Shown piece by piece: positions 28,086-37,224 of a stretch of DNA of 64,000 nucleotides. The DNA comes from an uncultured Pirellulales bacterium (GTDB lineage: Bacteria > Planctomycetota > Phycisphaerae > Sedimentisphaerales > Anaerobacaceae). The translations under genes were made by a program, and so were the position numbers. Position 1 is the first letter of the stretch, and each line of letters opens with the position of its first letter. Under the pieces are notes generated by a model, which was not told the DNA's origin, searched no databases, and was given only the letters and a program-made list of their open reading frames with translations. The DNA lies in NCBI GenBank assembly GCA_964526785.1, contig CAZGMJ010000024.1, forward strand, positions 4,731 through 68,730, written 5' to 3'.

Positions 28086-28461
28086 GTTCGAACTCCTTCG
28101 AAAATGCACACACAAAATTCTGTCAATTGGCTCGGGCAGCACGGCGTTGCCATGAACCGCGTTGCGAACCATGATGCCATCTCCCACGCGGAAGTGCAAG
28201 TCTCGGTCCTGTACGTGCCCGAACCTCGGAATGTCTCTGCAAACGTCGCCATCAATACGGGCACACAGCTCAATCGACGCCGAGCCAGTCTGCATATTGG
28301 TTAGCTCAGGACGCACCTCGCCTGAGACGCCTGACACCATAAACCGCCTGCAGTAACTTGCAAAACAACCGCGGAACCGTAGAATGAACCAGGTTTGATG
28401 GTGTTGTTCATCATAATGTAAAATCCGTATGTTTCATACCATTTCAAGAAGGAGATAGACT

Positions 28462-30216
28462 ATGAAGCTGTCCGTCCGCTTCCCGGCCGTCACGCTGATA
28501 TGCATATTCTGCGTGACCACTGTTGCCAGCGATATCGAATGGGTGCGAAAGAGCACCGAGACTAACGACATGCCTGTACCGAACGATGGCGATCAACAAA
28601 CCTGCTGCGTCGTTGCGGACCTGAATAAGGACGGTGCGGATGACTTTGTGATCGGCGAGCGGACGAAGGCACCGTCGGTTGTCTGGTATTCTTTCAATGG
28701 CAATGGTTGGGACAGGTATATCATCGAAGACGCCCGCTTGAGACCCGAGGCGGGCGGAGATGCGGCCGATATTGACGGCGACGGCGACAAAGACGTCATC
28801 TTCGGCCAGGACGCGAGCGGCAATAGCATCTGGTGGTGGGAAAACCCATATCCCGATTTCTCCAAGCCCTGGAAGCGACGTTCGATTAAGAATTCCGGTG
28901 CGAACAAGCACCACGACCAGACGTTCGGCGACTACGACGGCGACGCCGGGACCGAGTTCGTCTCCTGGAACCAAAGAGCCAAATCGTTACTTTTATACGA
29001 AATCCCCGGCAAGCCGAGAGCAACGGAACCCTGGGAGGCGACAGTCCTCTACTCGTGGACGTCCGGGCGTGAGCGGGAGGGATTCCCGTCGTTACCGACT
29101 GATCTGAATCTCGACGGCAAACCGGATATTATTGGCGGCGGCCGCTGGTTTGAACATCAAGGCGGTACGCAATACATAGAGCACGTGATCGATGCAGAAA
29201 TGGCCTTTACACAATGCGCGGCGGGCCAGCTAATCAAAGGTGGCCGGCCGGAAGTAGTCTTCTCTCCGGGAGATATGGACGGAGACGCCAAATGGTACCG
29301 GCGGGAGAACGAAGAATGGCAAGGCCATAAACTCCGCTACGTTCGCCACGGCCACACGTGCGAGATTCGCGACGTCGATGGGGATAGCAATATGGACATT
29401 ATGATCGGCGAAATGGGCGACCCCGGCGCCGGAGATGAAGCAAAGGTGTATATCTGGTACGGCGATGGCAAGGGGGGATTCCGCGAAGACGTGGTCTGCG
29501 AAGGCCAGGGAATTCACGAAGGCCGCTTCGGGGACTTCGACGGCGACGGTGATCTGGATATTCTCGTCAAACCATACCATCACAATTCGCCCCGCATTGA
29601 CATCCTGCTCAATAACGGCACGGTCAAAAGCGTCGTCGACGGTTGGGAGATTCTCTTCGATGGCGGCGATCTGGACAAATGGCGATTGGCAGGCGGCGGT
29701 GATCCGAGCAGGAAATGGGCGATAGAAGGCGGTACGCTGGCCCGCAGGCCAAAGGCCGGCATGATCTGGACAAAGCAGCGGTTTGATGATTTCATCCTGG
29801 ATCTGGAATTCAAGACCGAGGGCAACAGCGGCGTCTTCTTCAGGACGAACGATCCTGGCAATCCGGTCCAGACCGGCTTTGAAATGCAGGTAAACAAACC
29901 CAGCCCCAAACCGCACAAGAACAGTTCGGGGTCCATTTACGACGCACTGGCGCCCGCCAGGGAGATGACCAAAGCCGGTCAGTGGAACCACGTCATCATC
30001 ACGGCTGACGATAACAGCATTACAATTGTCATGAACGGCGAGAAGATCATCGATATGGACGTCAATCGCTGGGATACAGCGGGCAGGAATCCCGACGAGT
30101 CAAAAAACAAGTTCCGAACTGCTCTGAAGGACTTCGAAAGAGACGGCCATATTGGATTCCAGGACCACGGAGCGAACGTCTGGTACCGCAACGTTAAGAT
30201 CAAGCACTTGCCATGA
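28462..30216 (+). CDS. Secreted FG-GAP/VCBS-repeat beta-propeller fused to a DUF1080 domain
   Basis: AAGGAG RBS and a signal peptide. Repeated DxDGDGxxD-type motifs (DLNKDGADDFV, DIDGDGDKDVI, DYDGDAGTEFV, DVDGDSNMDIM, DFDGDGDLDIL). C-terminal DUF1080 (WEILFDGGDLDKW...EFKTEGNSGVFFR...IGFQDHGANVWYRNVKI). Confidence 0.88.
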   Translation: MKLSVRFPAVTLICIFCVTTVASDIEWVRKSTETNDMPVPNDGDQQTCCVVADLNKDGADDFVIGERTKAPSVVWYSFNGNGWDRYIIEDARLRPEAGGDAADIDGDGDKDVIFGQDASGNSIWWWENPYPDFSKPWKRRSIKNSGANKHHDQTFGDYDGDAGTEFVSWNQRAKSLLLYEIPGKPRATEPWEATVLYSWTSGREREGFPSLPTDLNLDGKPDIIGGGRWFEHQGGTQYIEHVIDAEMAFTQCAAGQLIKGGRPEVVFSPGDMDGDAKWYRRENEEWQGHKLRYVRHGHTCEIRDVDGDSNMDIMIGEMGDPGAGDEAKVYIWYGDGKGGFREDVVCEGQGIHEGRFGDFDGDGDLDILVKPYHHNSPRIDILLNNGTVKSVVDGWEILFDGGDLDKWRLAGGGDPSRKWAIEGGTLARRPKAGMIWTKQRFDDFILDLEFKTEGNSGVFFRTNDPGNPVQTGFEMQVNKPSPKPHKNSSGSIYDALAPAREMTKAGQWNHVIITADDNSITIVMNGEKIIDMDVNRWDTAGRNPDESKNKFRTALKDFERDGHIGFQDHGANVWYRNVKIKHLP

Positions 30217-30419
30217 CGCCACAGAACAGGACCCGCGGTTCGATCTTCCCTGGTTTCGCCGCAGCTTTCGCCCGTTCAGCGCGCACAGCCTCCGTGGTTG
30301 AACTGCAGGAGTTGGCAAGGTACTATGGCAAGTCGACCGTCCGGCCGGCTAATCCGTCGCCCGGGCCAAATCTGCGTCTGTGACGGTCCCTGAGAGTGTG
30401 ACTTGAGAAAGGATTAGAG

Positions 30420-31364
30420 TTGAGCGACCATTACAGGATATTGGTTACAGGTGGAGCAGGCTATCTGGGTTCGGTTCTTGTTCCGGAATTGCTGAGACTG
30501 GGGCACGACGTGGTCGTGCTGGATAGTTTCATGTTTGCACCGAGTTCGCTGCTGGATTGCTGTCGGCATGATGACTTCCAAGTCGTCCGAGGCGATGCCA
30601 GAGACGAAGCGCTCATCAGGAAACTCGTCTCTGATGTAGATGTCATCATACCATTGGCCGCACTGGTCGGAGCGCCGTTGTGCGACCGGGACCCCGTCGG
30701 AGCCGAGACGACCAACGCCGGCGCCATCAGGACGCTGTGCGCGGCAGCATCGGCCAATCAGAGAATCATTATCCCAATCACCAACAGCGGATACGGCATC
30801 GGCGAGAAAGGGGTCTACTGCACGGAAGAGACTCCTTTGCGACCGATTTCGTTGTACGGCCGGACCAAGGTGGAAGCCGAATCGCATGTCCTCGAGCGCC
30901 AGAACAGCGTCAGTCTGCGCCTGGCTACCGTCTTCGGGCCAAGCCCCCGAATGCGGCTCGATCTGCTCGTCAACGACTTCACCTATCGTGCCGTCAAAGA
31001 TCGCTTCGTCGTCGTGTTCGAGGGCCATTTCAAACGAAATTACATACATATTGGAGACGTGGCCCGCGCGTTTCTGCATGTGTTGGATCGTTTCGACAGC
31101 ATGCGAGGCGAGCCATACAATGTGGGCCTTTCCGACGCCAATCTGTCAAAAGTCGAACTGTGCGAGAAGATACAAGACCATCTTTCGGACTTCGTCTTTC
31201 TCGAAGCTTCGATCGGGGAGGATCCGGACAAACGGGATTATATCGTATCGAATGAGAAGATAGAGAAGACAGGATTCAAGCCTGCGTTTTCGCTGGATGA
31301 CGGCATACGGCAGTTGATCAAGGCCTACAGAATAATCGTCAACAGCAAGTACTCGAATGTTTGA
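30420..31364 (+). CDS. NAD-dependent epimerase/reductase, extended SDR family
   Basis: TTG start. Rossmann VTGGAGYLGS. Catalytic Y-G-R-T-K. It lacks the TDE triad of 4,6-dehydratases, having ITNSGYG instead. Confidence 0.88.
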   Translation: MSDHYRILVTGGAGYLGSVLVPELLRLGHDVVVLDSFMFAPSSLLDCCRHDDFQVVRGDARDEALIRKLVSDVDVIIPLAALVGAPLCDRDPVGAETTNAGAIRTLCAAASANQRIIIPITNSGYGIGEKGVYCTEETPLRPISLYGRTKVEAESHVLERQNSVSLRLATVFGPSPRMRLDLLVNDFTYRAVKDRFVVVFEGHFKRNYIHIGDVARAFLHVLDRFDSMRGEPYNVGLSDANLSKVELCEKIQDHLSDFVFLEASIGEDPDKRDYIVSNEKIEKTGFKPAFSLDDGIRQLIKAYRIIVNSKYSNV

Positions 31365-32307
31365 ACGGAAGCGAACATACGTGGCCGGTCATACAGGTCT
31401 GCTGGGTTCTGCGGTTCTACGGGCCTTGCAGACGCGCAGCTGTCGGCACGTCATCACTCGGTTCCATGAGCAGATGGATCTGACCGACGGACCAGCGGTC
31501 ATGCAGTTCTTCGAACAACAGCGACCCGAATGCGTCTTCCTGTGCGCCGGCAGAGCAGGCGGCATCAGGAGCAACCAGGCATATCCGGCCGATTACCTGC
31601 AAATCAATCTGGCAATCCAGAACAGTGTATTCCAAGCGGCACACAAATACGAAACGGAACATGTGGTCTTCTACGGCTCGTCCTGCACCTATCCGCGTCT
31701 GGCAGGCCAACCCATTAAAGAGTCGAGCCTGCTGACCGGACTGATTGAACCGACGAGCGAAGGCTACGCCACAGCCAAGATAGCCGGACTGATAGCATGC
31801 CGCTCCTACAATCGCCAATACAACAATCGACGCTTTATCGCGCTGTTGCCCAATTCGATATACGGCCCCAACGACAATTTCGATCTGGCCGAATCGCACG
31901 TATTGTCGGCACTGATCCGCCGCTTCCACGAGGCGAAATGCAACGGAACGCCGACCGTAATGCTCTGGGGTTCGGGTAGGCCGCGACGCGAATTTGTCTA
32001 TTGTGACGACGCGGCGGCGGCTTCCCTGTTTGCCGTGGAAAACGCCGACAGACTCGAAAACCGACACTATAACATCGGATCCGGGCAGGACTTTTCCATA
32101 AAAGAGTTGGCTGAAATGGTCTGCGACGTGGTCGGTTACGATGGCGCAATTGAGTGGGATACCTCAAGACCCGATGGAACTCCGCGCAAGCTACTCGACA
32201 GCAGTGATTTCCGAGCCCTGGGCTGGCGGTCCGAAGTCGCGATTGCCGAGGGGCTGAAAAGAACGTATGAATGGTATCTCCAGCAACAACGAAAGAGGTC
32301 CTTGTGA
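31357..32307 (+). CDS. fcl: GDP-L-fucose synthase family enzyme (Fcl/ColC-like 3,5-epimerase-4-reductase)
   Basis: Collinear similarity to E. coli Fcl from memory: VAGHTGLLGSAV, AYPADYL, GSSCTYPRLAGQPIKES, EGYATAKIAG, YNRQY, LWGSGRPRREF, SRPDGTPRKLLD. The start overlaps the upstream stop by 8 nt. The substrate could differ from GDP-4-keto-6-deoxymannose. Confidence 0.85.
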   Translation: MFERKRTYVAGHTGLLGSAVLRALQTRSCRHVITRFHEQMDLTDGPAVMQFFEQQRPECVFLCAGRAGGIRSNQAYPADYLQINLAIQNSVFQAAHKYETEHVVFYGSSCTYPRLAGQPIKESSLLTGLIEPTSEGYATAKIAGLIACRSYNRQYNNRRFIALLPNSIYGPNDNFDLAESHVLSALIRRFHEAKCNGTPTVMLWGSGRPRREFVYCDDAAAASLFAVENADRLENRHYNIGSGQDFSIKELAEMVCDVVGYDGAIEWDTSRPDGTPRKLLDSSDFRALGWRSEVAIAEGLKRTYEWYLQQQRKRSL

Positions 32308-33023
32308 AACCGGCAAATGACCGAAAGAGTGGTGATTTCTCGGCCGTAATCCTGGCCGGTGGGTTAGGTACCAGGCTTCGCTCCGTAGTGGCGGACAGGC
32401 CCAAGATCATGGCCGATGTGAACGAACGGCCGTTTTTGACGTACCTTATCGAGCAGCTCGCCAGGGCCGGTGCCACCGAGGTAACACTGTGTCTAGGCTA
32501 CATGGCCCGATATGTGCAGGACTACTTTGGCTCAAGCTATGGGCAGGTCCGCTTGCAGTATTCGGTGGAACACGAACCGGCCGGCACAGGCGGCGCCCTC
32601 GCCATAGCGGATCCGTTGCTCGAGAGCGATACAGTTCTCGTGATGAACGGCGATTCTTATGTGGACACAGACCTTTCAGCCTTCATCGACTGGTACCGAG
32701 ACGCACAACGCTCGGCGGGAATACTCTGCGTTTATGCCAAAGATACTTCTCGATATGGCAGTATCGAGCTCGGCGATAATGACGCCATCACAGCCTTTCG
32801 AGAAAAAAGAGGCTCCAAAGGCCCCGGCTGGATCAACGCAGGGATATACATGATCGCCAGAAGCAAGATCACCACCTTTCCAAGGGGGGCAAAGTATTCT
32901 CTCGAGCGCGAATTCTTCCCTTCGCTGTTAGGCGAAGAACTCGCGGGCTTCAAAGCCTCCGGACGTTTCATTGACATCGGAACGCCCGAATCGTATGCTA
33001 TGGCAAGCTGTTTCTTCGAATGA
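32304..33023 (+). CDS. Sugar-1-phosphate nucleotidylyltransferase (HddC / ManC-N-terminal-like)
   Basis: AVILAGGLGTRLRSVVADRPK (G-x-G-T-R-L loop). LVMNGDSY. The GTG at 32304 forms GTGA with the fcl-like stop and follows GAAAGAGG. Confidence 0.85.
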   Translation: MKPANDRKSGDFSAVILAGGLGTRLRSVVADRPKIMADVNERPFLTYLIEQLARAGATEVTLCLGYMARYVQDYFGSSYGQVRLQYSVEHEPAGTGGALAIADPLLESDTVLVMNGDSYVDTDLSAFIDWYRDAQRSAGILCVYAKDTSRYGSIELGDNDAITAFREKRGSKGPGWINAGIYMIARSKITTFPRGAKYSLEREFFPSLLGEELAGFKASGRFIDIGTPESYAMASCFFE

Positions 33024-33081
33024 ATAGAGGGTTTGCGGCCAAGCCGGCCCGCATGATGGTAGACATGGAGGTCTTGCTGTA

Positions 33082-34212
33082 ATGGTAATCACGCGTACTC
33101 CTTACCGCATATCGTTTTTTGGCGGCGGCACGGACTACTCGTCCTGGTACCTAAAGCATGGTGGCGCTGTTCTATGCACCAGCATAGACAAATACTGTTA
33201 CCTTACATGTCGCCATCTTCCCCCTTTCTTCGAGCATAAGTACCGGATCGTATACTCCCGCATAGAACTGTGCAAGAGCATTCGCGAAATCCAGCATCCG
33301 GCCGTCCGCGAAACGCTCCGCTTTCTTAAACTCAATAGAGGACTCGAGATACATCACGACGGAGACCTGCCCGCCCGCAGCGGAATCGGGTCGAGTTCCT
33401 CATTTACCGTCGGCCTGTTGCATGCACTCTACGGACTCCAGGGAGTCCTCCCCAGCAAGAGACAACTGGCAACCGAGAGCATCCACATCGAGCAGGAAAT
33501 GATTCGGGAAATGGTCGGATCGCAGGATCAGGTAATAGCAGCACTCGGCGGATTGAATCGAATCTCTTTTGCCCGCGATGGCGAAATTGACATCCGGCCC
33601 GTCACCGTCGCAAACGAACGTCGGGACGAACTCAACTCGCACCTAATGCTGTTCTACACGGGAATAAAGCGAACGGCTTCGAACATTGCCAATGGTTACG
33701 CCCAGTCGATGGATAAGAAACACCAGGCATTACTCAGAATGCGTCACATGGTGGATGAAGCCATCGATATACTCAACAGCGACCGTTCATTGAATGAGTT
33801 TGGCGAACTGCTGCATGATGGCTGGCTTCTCAAGCGATCACTTAGTTCTGCAATATCCAATGGAATCATCGACGACATCTACGGCCGGGCTTGCGACGCA
33901 GGCGCGGTCGGGGGCAAAATTCTCGGAGCCGGTGGAGGCGGTTTCCTGCTGCTGTTCGTGCCCCCCTCCGCCCAGAAGCGGGTACGCAAGGTCCTCAGCA
34001 GACTGATCCGTGTGCCCTTCAAATTCGAAACGGGCGGCAGCCAGGTCGTCTTCTACGAACCGCAACAGGAAGACTACCGCGAACTGGAGCGGGACCGGGC
34101 CACAAGGCAACTCGATTCCTTCAAGGAACTGGAAGCTCTCGAAGATCGCGAATTCGTGGAAAGGCGGATACCTGCAAGAAGAACCCAAGACGAGGTGGAA
34201 TCACCGCTATGA
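33082..34212 (+). CDS. GHMP-family sugar kinase (HddA-like, D-glycero-D-manno-heptose 7-phosphate kinase family)
   Basis: TPYRISFFGGGTDYSSWY N-terminus. GHMP motif II PARSGIGSSSSF. KILGAGGGGFLLLF motif III. GGAGG RBS. Confidence 0.85.
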   Translation: MVITRTPYRISFFGGGTDYSSWYLKHGGAVLCTSIDKYCYLTCRHLPPFFEHKYRIVYSRIELCKSIREIQHPAVRETLRFLKLNRGLEIHHDGDLPARSGIGSSSSFTVGLLHALYGLQGVLPSKRQLATESIHIEQEMIREMVGSQDQVIAALGGLNRISFARDGEIDIRPVTVANERRDELNSHLMLFYTGIKRTASNIANGYAQSMDKKHQALLRMRHMVDEAIDILNSDRSLNEFGELLHDGWLLKRSLSSAISNGIIDDIYGRACDAGAVGGKILGAGGGGFLLLFVPPSAQKRVRKVLSRLIRVPFKFETGGSQVVFYEPQQEDYRELERDRATRQLDSFKELEALEDREFVERRIPARRTQDEVESPL

Positions 34213-35024
34213 CGTCCGTTGGTTCGCTTGAGAAAAAAGCCCGCTGGGTCCGCCGCGAAACGCTGAAGCTCCACAAGCGAGCACCCGAGTCGCGCGTCGC
34301 CTCGTCCTTGTCAATGGTCGAAATATTCGTAAGCCTGTATTATGGCGGTGCGATGCAGTTCGACGCAACCGACACGTTTAGCTCGATGCGAGACCGCTTG
34401 ATCATCAGTAAGGGACACGGCGCAGTCAGCCTGTATCCCATTCTGGCCGATCTGGGATTCCTCGACAGAAAGAACCTCGACACGATCAATGAGCCCGGAG
34501 CCCTTCTCCGGGCCATCCCTGACATGACCATCCCCGGATTCGAGACCATCAACGGGGCGCTTGGGCACGGCCTTGGCATAGCCTGCGGCGTGGCCATGGC
34601 AATGCGGCTGCGCAACACCGACCGCAGAGTTTTCGTCATATGTGGCGACGGGGAACTGAATGAAGGGTCCGTTTGGGAGGCGGCCATGTTCGCGGGCTAT
34701 CACAAGCTGGACAATCTTATCCTTATCGTGGACTGCAATCAGATGTCGATGCTCGGTTACACGAAGGAAATCCTGGATTTGCAGCCGCTTTCGCAGAAAC
34801 TGGAGGCCTTCGGATGGCTTTCCGGCCGGACGGACGGCCATGATATCGAGCAACTCTGTGACATTCTGCACCAAATGAAGAACTCGACCGAGAACAAGCC
34901 AAAGGCGCTTATTGCGCGTACCGTCAAAGGCAGGGGCGTCCCCCAACTGGAAGGCGATCCGCTCTGCCACGTCAAGAGTCTTCGTCCTGAAGAGGTCGAC
35001 GCTTTGCTTGAGGAACACGCATGA
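34209..35024 (+). CDS. Transketolase, N-terminal (thiamine-diphosphate-binding) subunit
   Basis: ATGA overlap with the kinase stop. SLSMVEIFVSLYY, ISKGHGAVSLYPIL. ThDP motif GDGELNEGSVWEAAMFAGYHKLDNLILIVDCN. Confidence 0.9.
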   Translation: MTSVGSLEKKARWVRRETLKLHKRAPESRVASSLSMVEIFVSLYYGGAMQFDATDTFSSMRDRLIISKGHGAVSLYPILADLGFLDRKNLDTINEPGALLRAIPDMTIPGFETINGALGHGLGIACGVAMAMRLRNTDRRVFVICGDGELNEGSVWEAAMFAGYHKLDNLILIVDCNQMSMLGYTKEILDLQPLSQKLEAFGWLSGRTDGHDIEQLCDILHQMKNSTENKPKALIARTVKGRGVPQLEGDPLCHVKSLRPEEVDALLEEHA

Positions 35025-35992
35025 CCGAACCCAGGACAAAGACAATGCGGGACGCCGTAATCGAACGCATTTACGCGAGAATGGCAGAGGACCGGAGCAT
35101 CTTCTTCGTCTCGGCAGACTTTGGGGCCCCGGCGCTGGACCGCATACGGCAGGACTACCCTGACCGTTTTGTCAATGTCGGTATTGCCGAGCAGAATCTG
35201 GTGAATGTGTGCACGGGTCTGGCCCTGGAGGGATTGACCGTGTACGGCTATGCCATCGCCACCTTTCTGACCATGCGAGCCTATGAACAGATACGCAACA
35301 ACATCTCCCTGATGGCCAGGCACCGGCAGATGAATGTGAATCTGCTCGGCGTCGGCGCAGGTCTCAGCTACGATATGTCCGGGCCCTCGCATCATTGTCT
35401 CGAGGATCTGTCCATCATGCGGACGCTGCCCGAGATTGCGATCTTCTCGCCGGGTGACTGGATGATGGCCGAAGCGTTCGTGGACGTATCCATCGGGCAG
35501 AAGGCCCCCAAGTACTGGCGGCTCGATGGCAAACCCGTCCGGTCGATCTACAGCGACGGAGTTGACGTCTGCTGGGATAAGGGCTTCTTCGAGCTATCGA
35601 CTGACGGCGATGTCTGCCTGCTGGCCACCGGATGCATGACGGGCCGCGCATTGGAAGCTGCTGATGCGCTGCGAACCGACGGAATCGCTGTCGGCATAAT
35701 CGATCTCTTCATGCTTCGCCCGCTGGACGCAGATGCACTAACGAAGGCGCTGAGTAGCTACCACACGGTCATCACAATCGAAGAAGGTTTTATTGGAAAA
35801 GGCGGTCTGGATAGCCTGATTTCCGGTATTCTGCGGGCTTCGGGAAGCCAAACCCAGCTCGAATCGCTCGGTTTCCCCGAAGCACATGTGTTCGAATGTA
35901 ACAACAGAGATGCGCTGGTTGAATGGAATGGCTGTGGCCCACAGGCAATAGCCCGGACCGTCACAGACTGTCTTATGCGGTCGAGAAGGTAG
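35021..35992 (+). CDS. Transketolase, C-terminal (pyrimidine-binding + C-terminal domain) subunit
   Basis: ATGA overlap with the N-subunit. FVNVGIAEQNLVNVCTGLALEG, ATFLTMRAYEQIRN. Domain III is present. Confidence 0.9.
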   Translation: MTEPRTKTMRDAVIERIYARMAEDRSIFFVSADFGAPALDRIRQDYPDRFVNVGIAEQNLVNVCTGLALEGLTVYGYAIATFLTMRAYEQIRNNISLMARHRQMNVNLLGVGAGLSYDMSGPSHHCLEDLSIMRTLPEIAIFSPGDWMMAEAFVDVSIGQKAPKYWRLDGKPVRSIYSDGVDVCWDKGFFELSTDGDVCLLATGCMTGRALEAADALRTDGIAVGIIDLFMLRPLDADALTKALSSYHTVITIEEGFIGKGGLDSLISGILRASGSQTQLESLGFPEAHVFECNNRDALVEWNGCGPQAIARTVTDCLMRSRR

Positions 35993-36003
35993 AAAAGGAG
36001 CCA

Positions 36004-37212
36004 ATGGTGTCTTCGGGACAATTGCAAAGTGCAGACACGCAGAAGAGGCTCAACTGGCCCCTGATGGTGAATAACATCACACGCTCGGACCTCGACGTCC
36101 TGATTGAATTCCTGCGCGACATGCCCCGCCTCACGCAGTCGGGCAATGTGGCCGCGTTCGAGCGGGAATGGTCCGAGTGGCTCGGTGTACGGCACAGCGT
36201 TTTCGTTAATTCCGGTTCCTCGGCCAATCAAATCACAATGGCCGCACTGCGACAGCTTCACGGCCCGGGCGAGGTCATCGTGCCGACACTGACGTGGGTG
36301 TCGGATATCGCTTCGGTTCTCCAGCACGGACTCACCCCTGTCTTCGTGGACATCGATCCAAAGAATCTGTGTATGGATACCGAGCAGGTGATCGCCAGGT
36401 TGAACGACCAGACGCGCGCGGTCTTCATCACCTACGTACAGGGCTTCAATGGCTTGACGGACCGCCTTTTGACCGAGCTGAACAAACGCGGCATTCCGCT
36501 TATTGAGGACGTGTGCGAATCCCACGGCGCGACGTTTCACGGCAGAAAACTGGGCAGTTTCGGTCTGGCCTCGAATTTCTCTTTCTACTTCGCACACCAC
36601 ATGAGCACAATCGAAGGAGGAATGGTGTGCACAAATGACAATGACTTTTACCAGACGGCCCGCATGCTGCGATCGCATGGCATGGTCCGCGAGGCATCTG
36701 ACAACGCGCTCAAGTCCGGCTATGCCGACAAATACGCAGACCTTAATCCTGACTTCATTTTCGCCTTTCCCGCATATAACATGCGCAGTACCGAGATCAA
36801 TGCTGTCCTCGGTCGCAGCCAACTGAAACGCCTGGACGAAAACAACGCGAGGCGCAGATATAACTTAAAGGTCTTCCTGGATAATCTTGATTCGGAAAGA
36901 TACCGCACGGATTTTGACCTTGAAGGCAGTTGTAATTACGCGCTTAATCTGATCCTGCGCCGGCCGGATCAAGAATTGAGGGATCGCGTCGAAAACGCAC
37001 TCAGGGCAGCAAACGTGGAATTTCGCAGAGGCAGTGCAGGCGGCGGAAATCAGTTGCGACAGCCCTACCTGCGACAGCGTCTCGGTCATCGTGAATACAA
37101 GAAGTACCCGCAAACCGAACACATACATTTCTTCGGCTGTTACATCGGGAACTATCCCGACCTCGATGAGGCCGATATCAAAGCCCTGTGCAAGTTACTA
37201 AACGGGCTGTAA
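36004..37212 (+). CDS. DegT/DnrJ/EryC1/StrS-fold PLP/PMP enzyme of the RfbH/ColD 3-dehydratase type (Lys replaced by His)
   Basis: AAGGAG RBS. VNSGSSANQI, VIVPTLTWVS. The active-site stretch is NFSFYFAHHMSTIEGGMV, where aminotransferases of this fold carry the Schiff-base Lys. Confidence 0.8.
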   Translation: MVSSGQLQSADTQKRLNWPLMVNNITRSDLDVLIEFLRDMPRLTQSGNVAAFEREWSEWLGVRHSVFVNSGSSANQITMAALRQLHGPGEVIVPTLTWVSDIASVLQHGLTPVFVDIDPKNLCMDTEQVIARLNDQTRAVFITYVQGFNGLTDRLLTELNKRGIPLIEDVCESHGATFHGRKLGSFGLASNFSFYFAHHMSTIEGGMVCTNDNDFYQTARMLRSHGMVREASDNALKSGYADKYADLNPDFIFAFPAYNMRSTEINAVLGRSQLKRLDENNARRRYNLKVFLDNLDSERYRTDFDLEGSCNYALNLILRRPDQELRDRVENALRAANVEFRRGSAGGGNQLRQPYLRQRLGHREYKKYPQTEHIHFFGCYIGNYPDLDEADIKALCKLLNGL

Positions 37213-37224
37213 GAGGAGTGTGCC

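Noticed and set aside
33891-34208. N-terminal extensions of track ORFs (e.g. 33891, 35923, 45508, 47848, 50084, 53115, 54121, 55202, 55926, 56150, 60140, 61316, 28340, 25446, 25008, 44102, 4271)
   Set aside because: The extensions are R/P/G-rich read-through of upstream genes or spacers. Internal starts give canonical family N-termini or signal peptides, usually with an RBS or a stop/start overlap.
35758-36822. 354-aa minus-strand ORF antisense to the transketolase C-subunit and dehydratase genes
   Set aside because: It spans two well-supported plus-strand genes of a coupled operon, and its translation is featureless.
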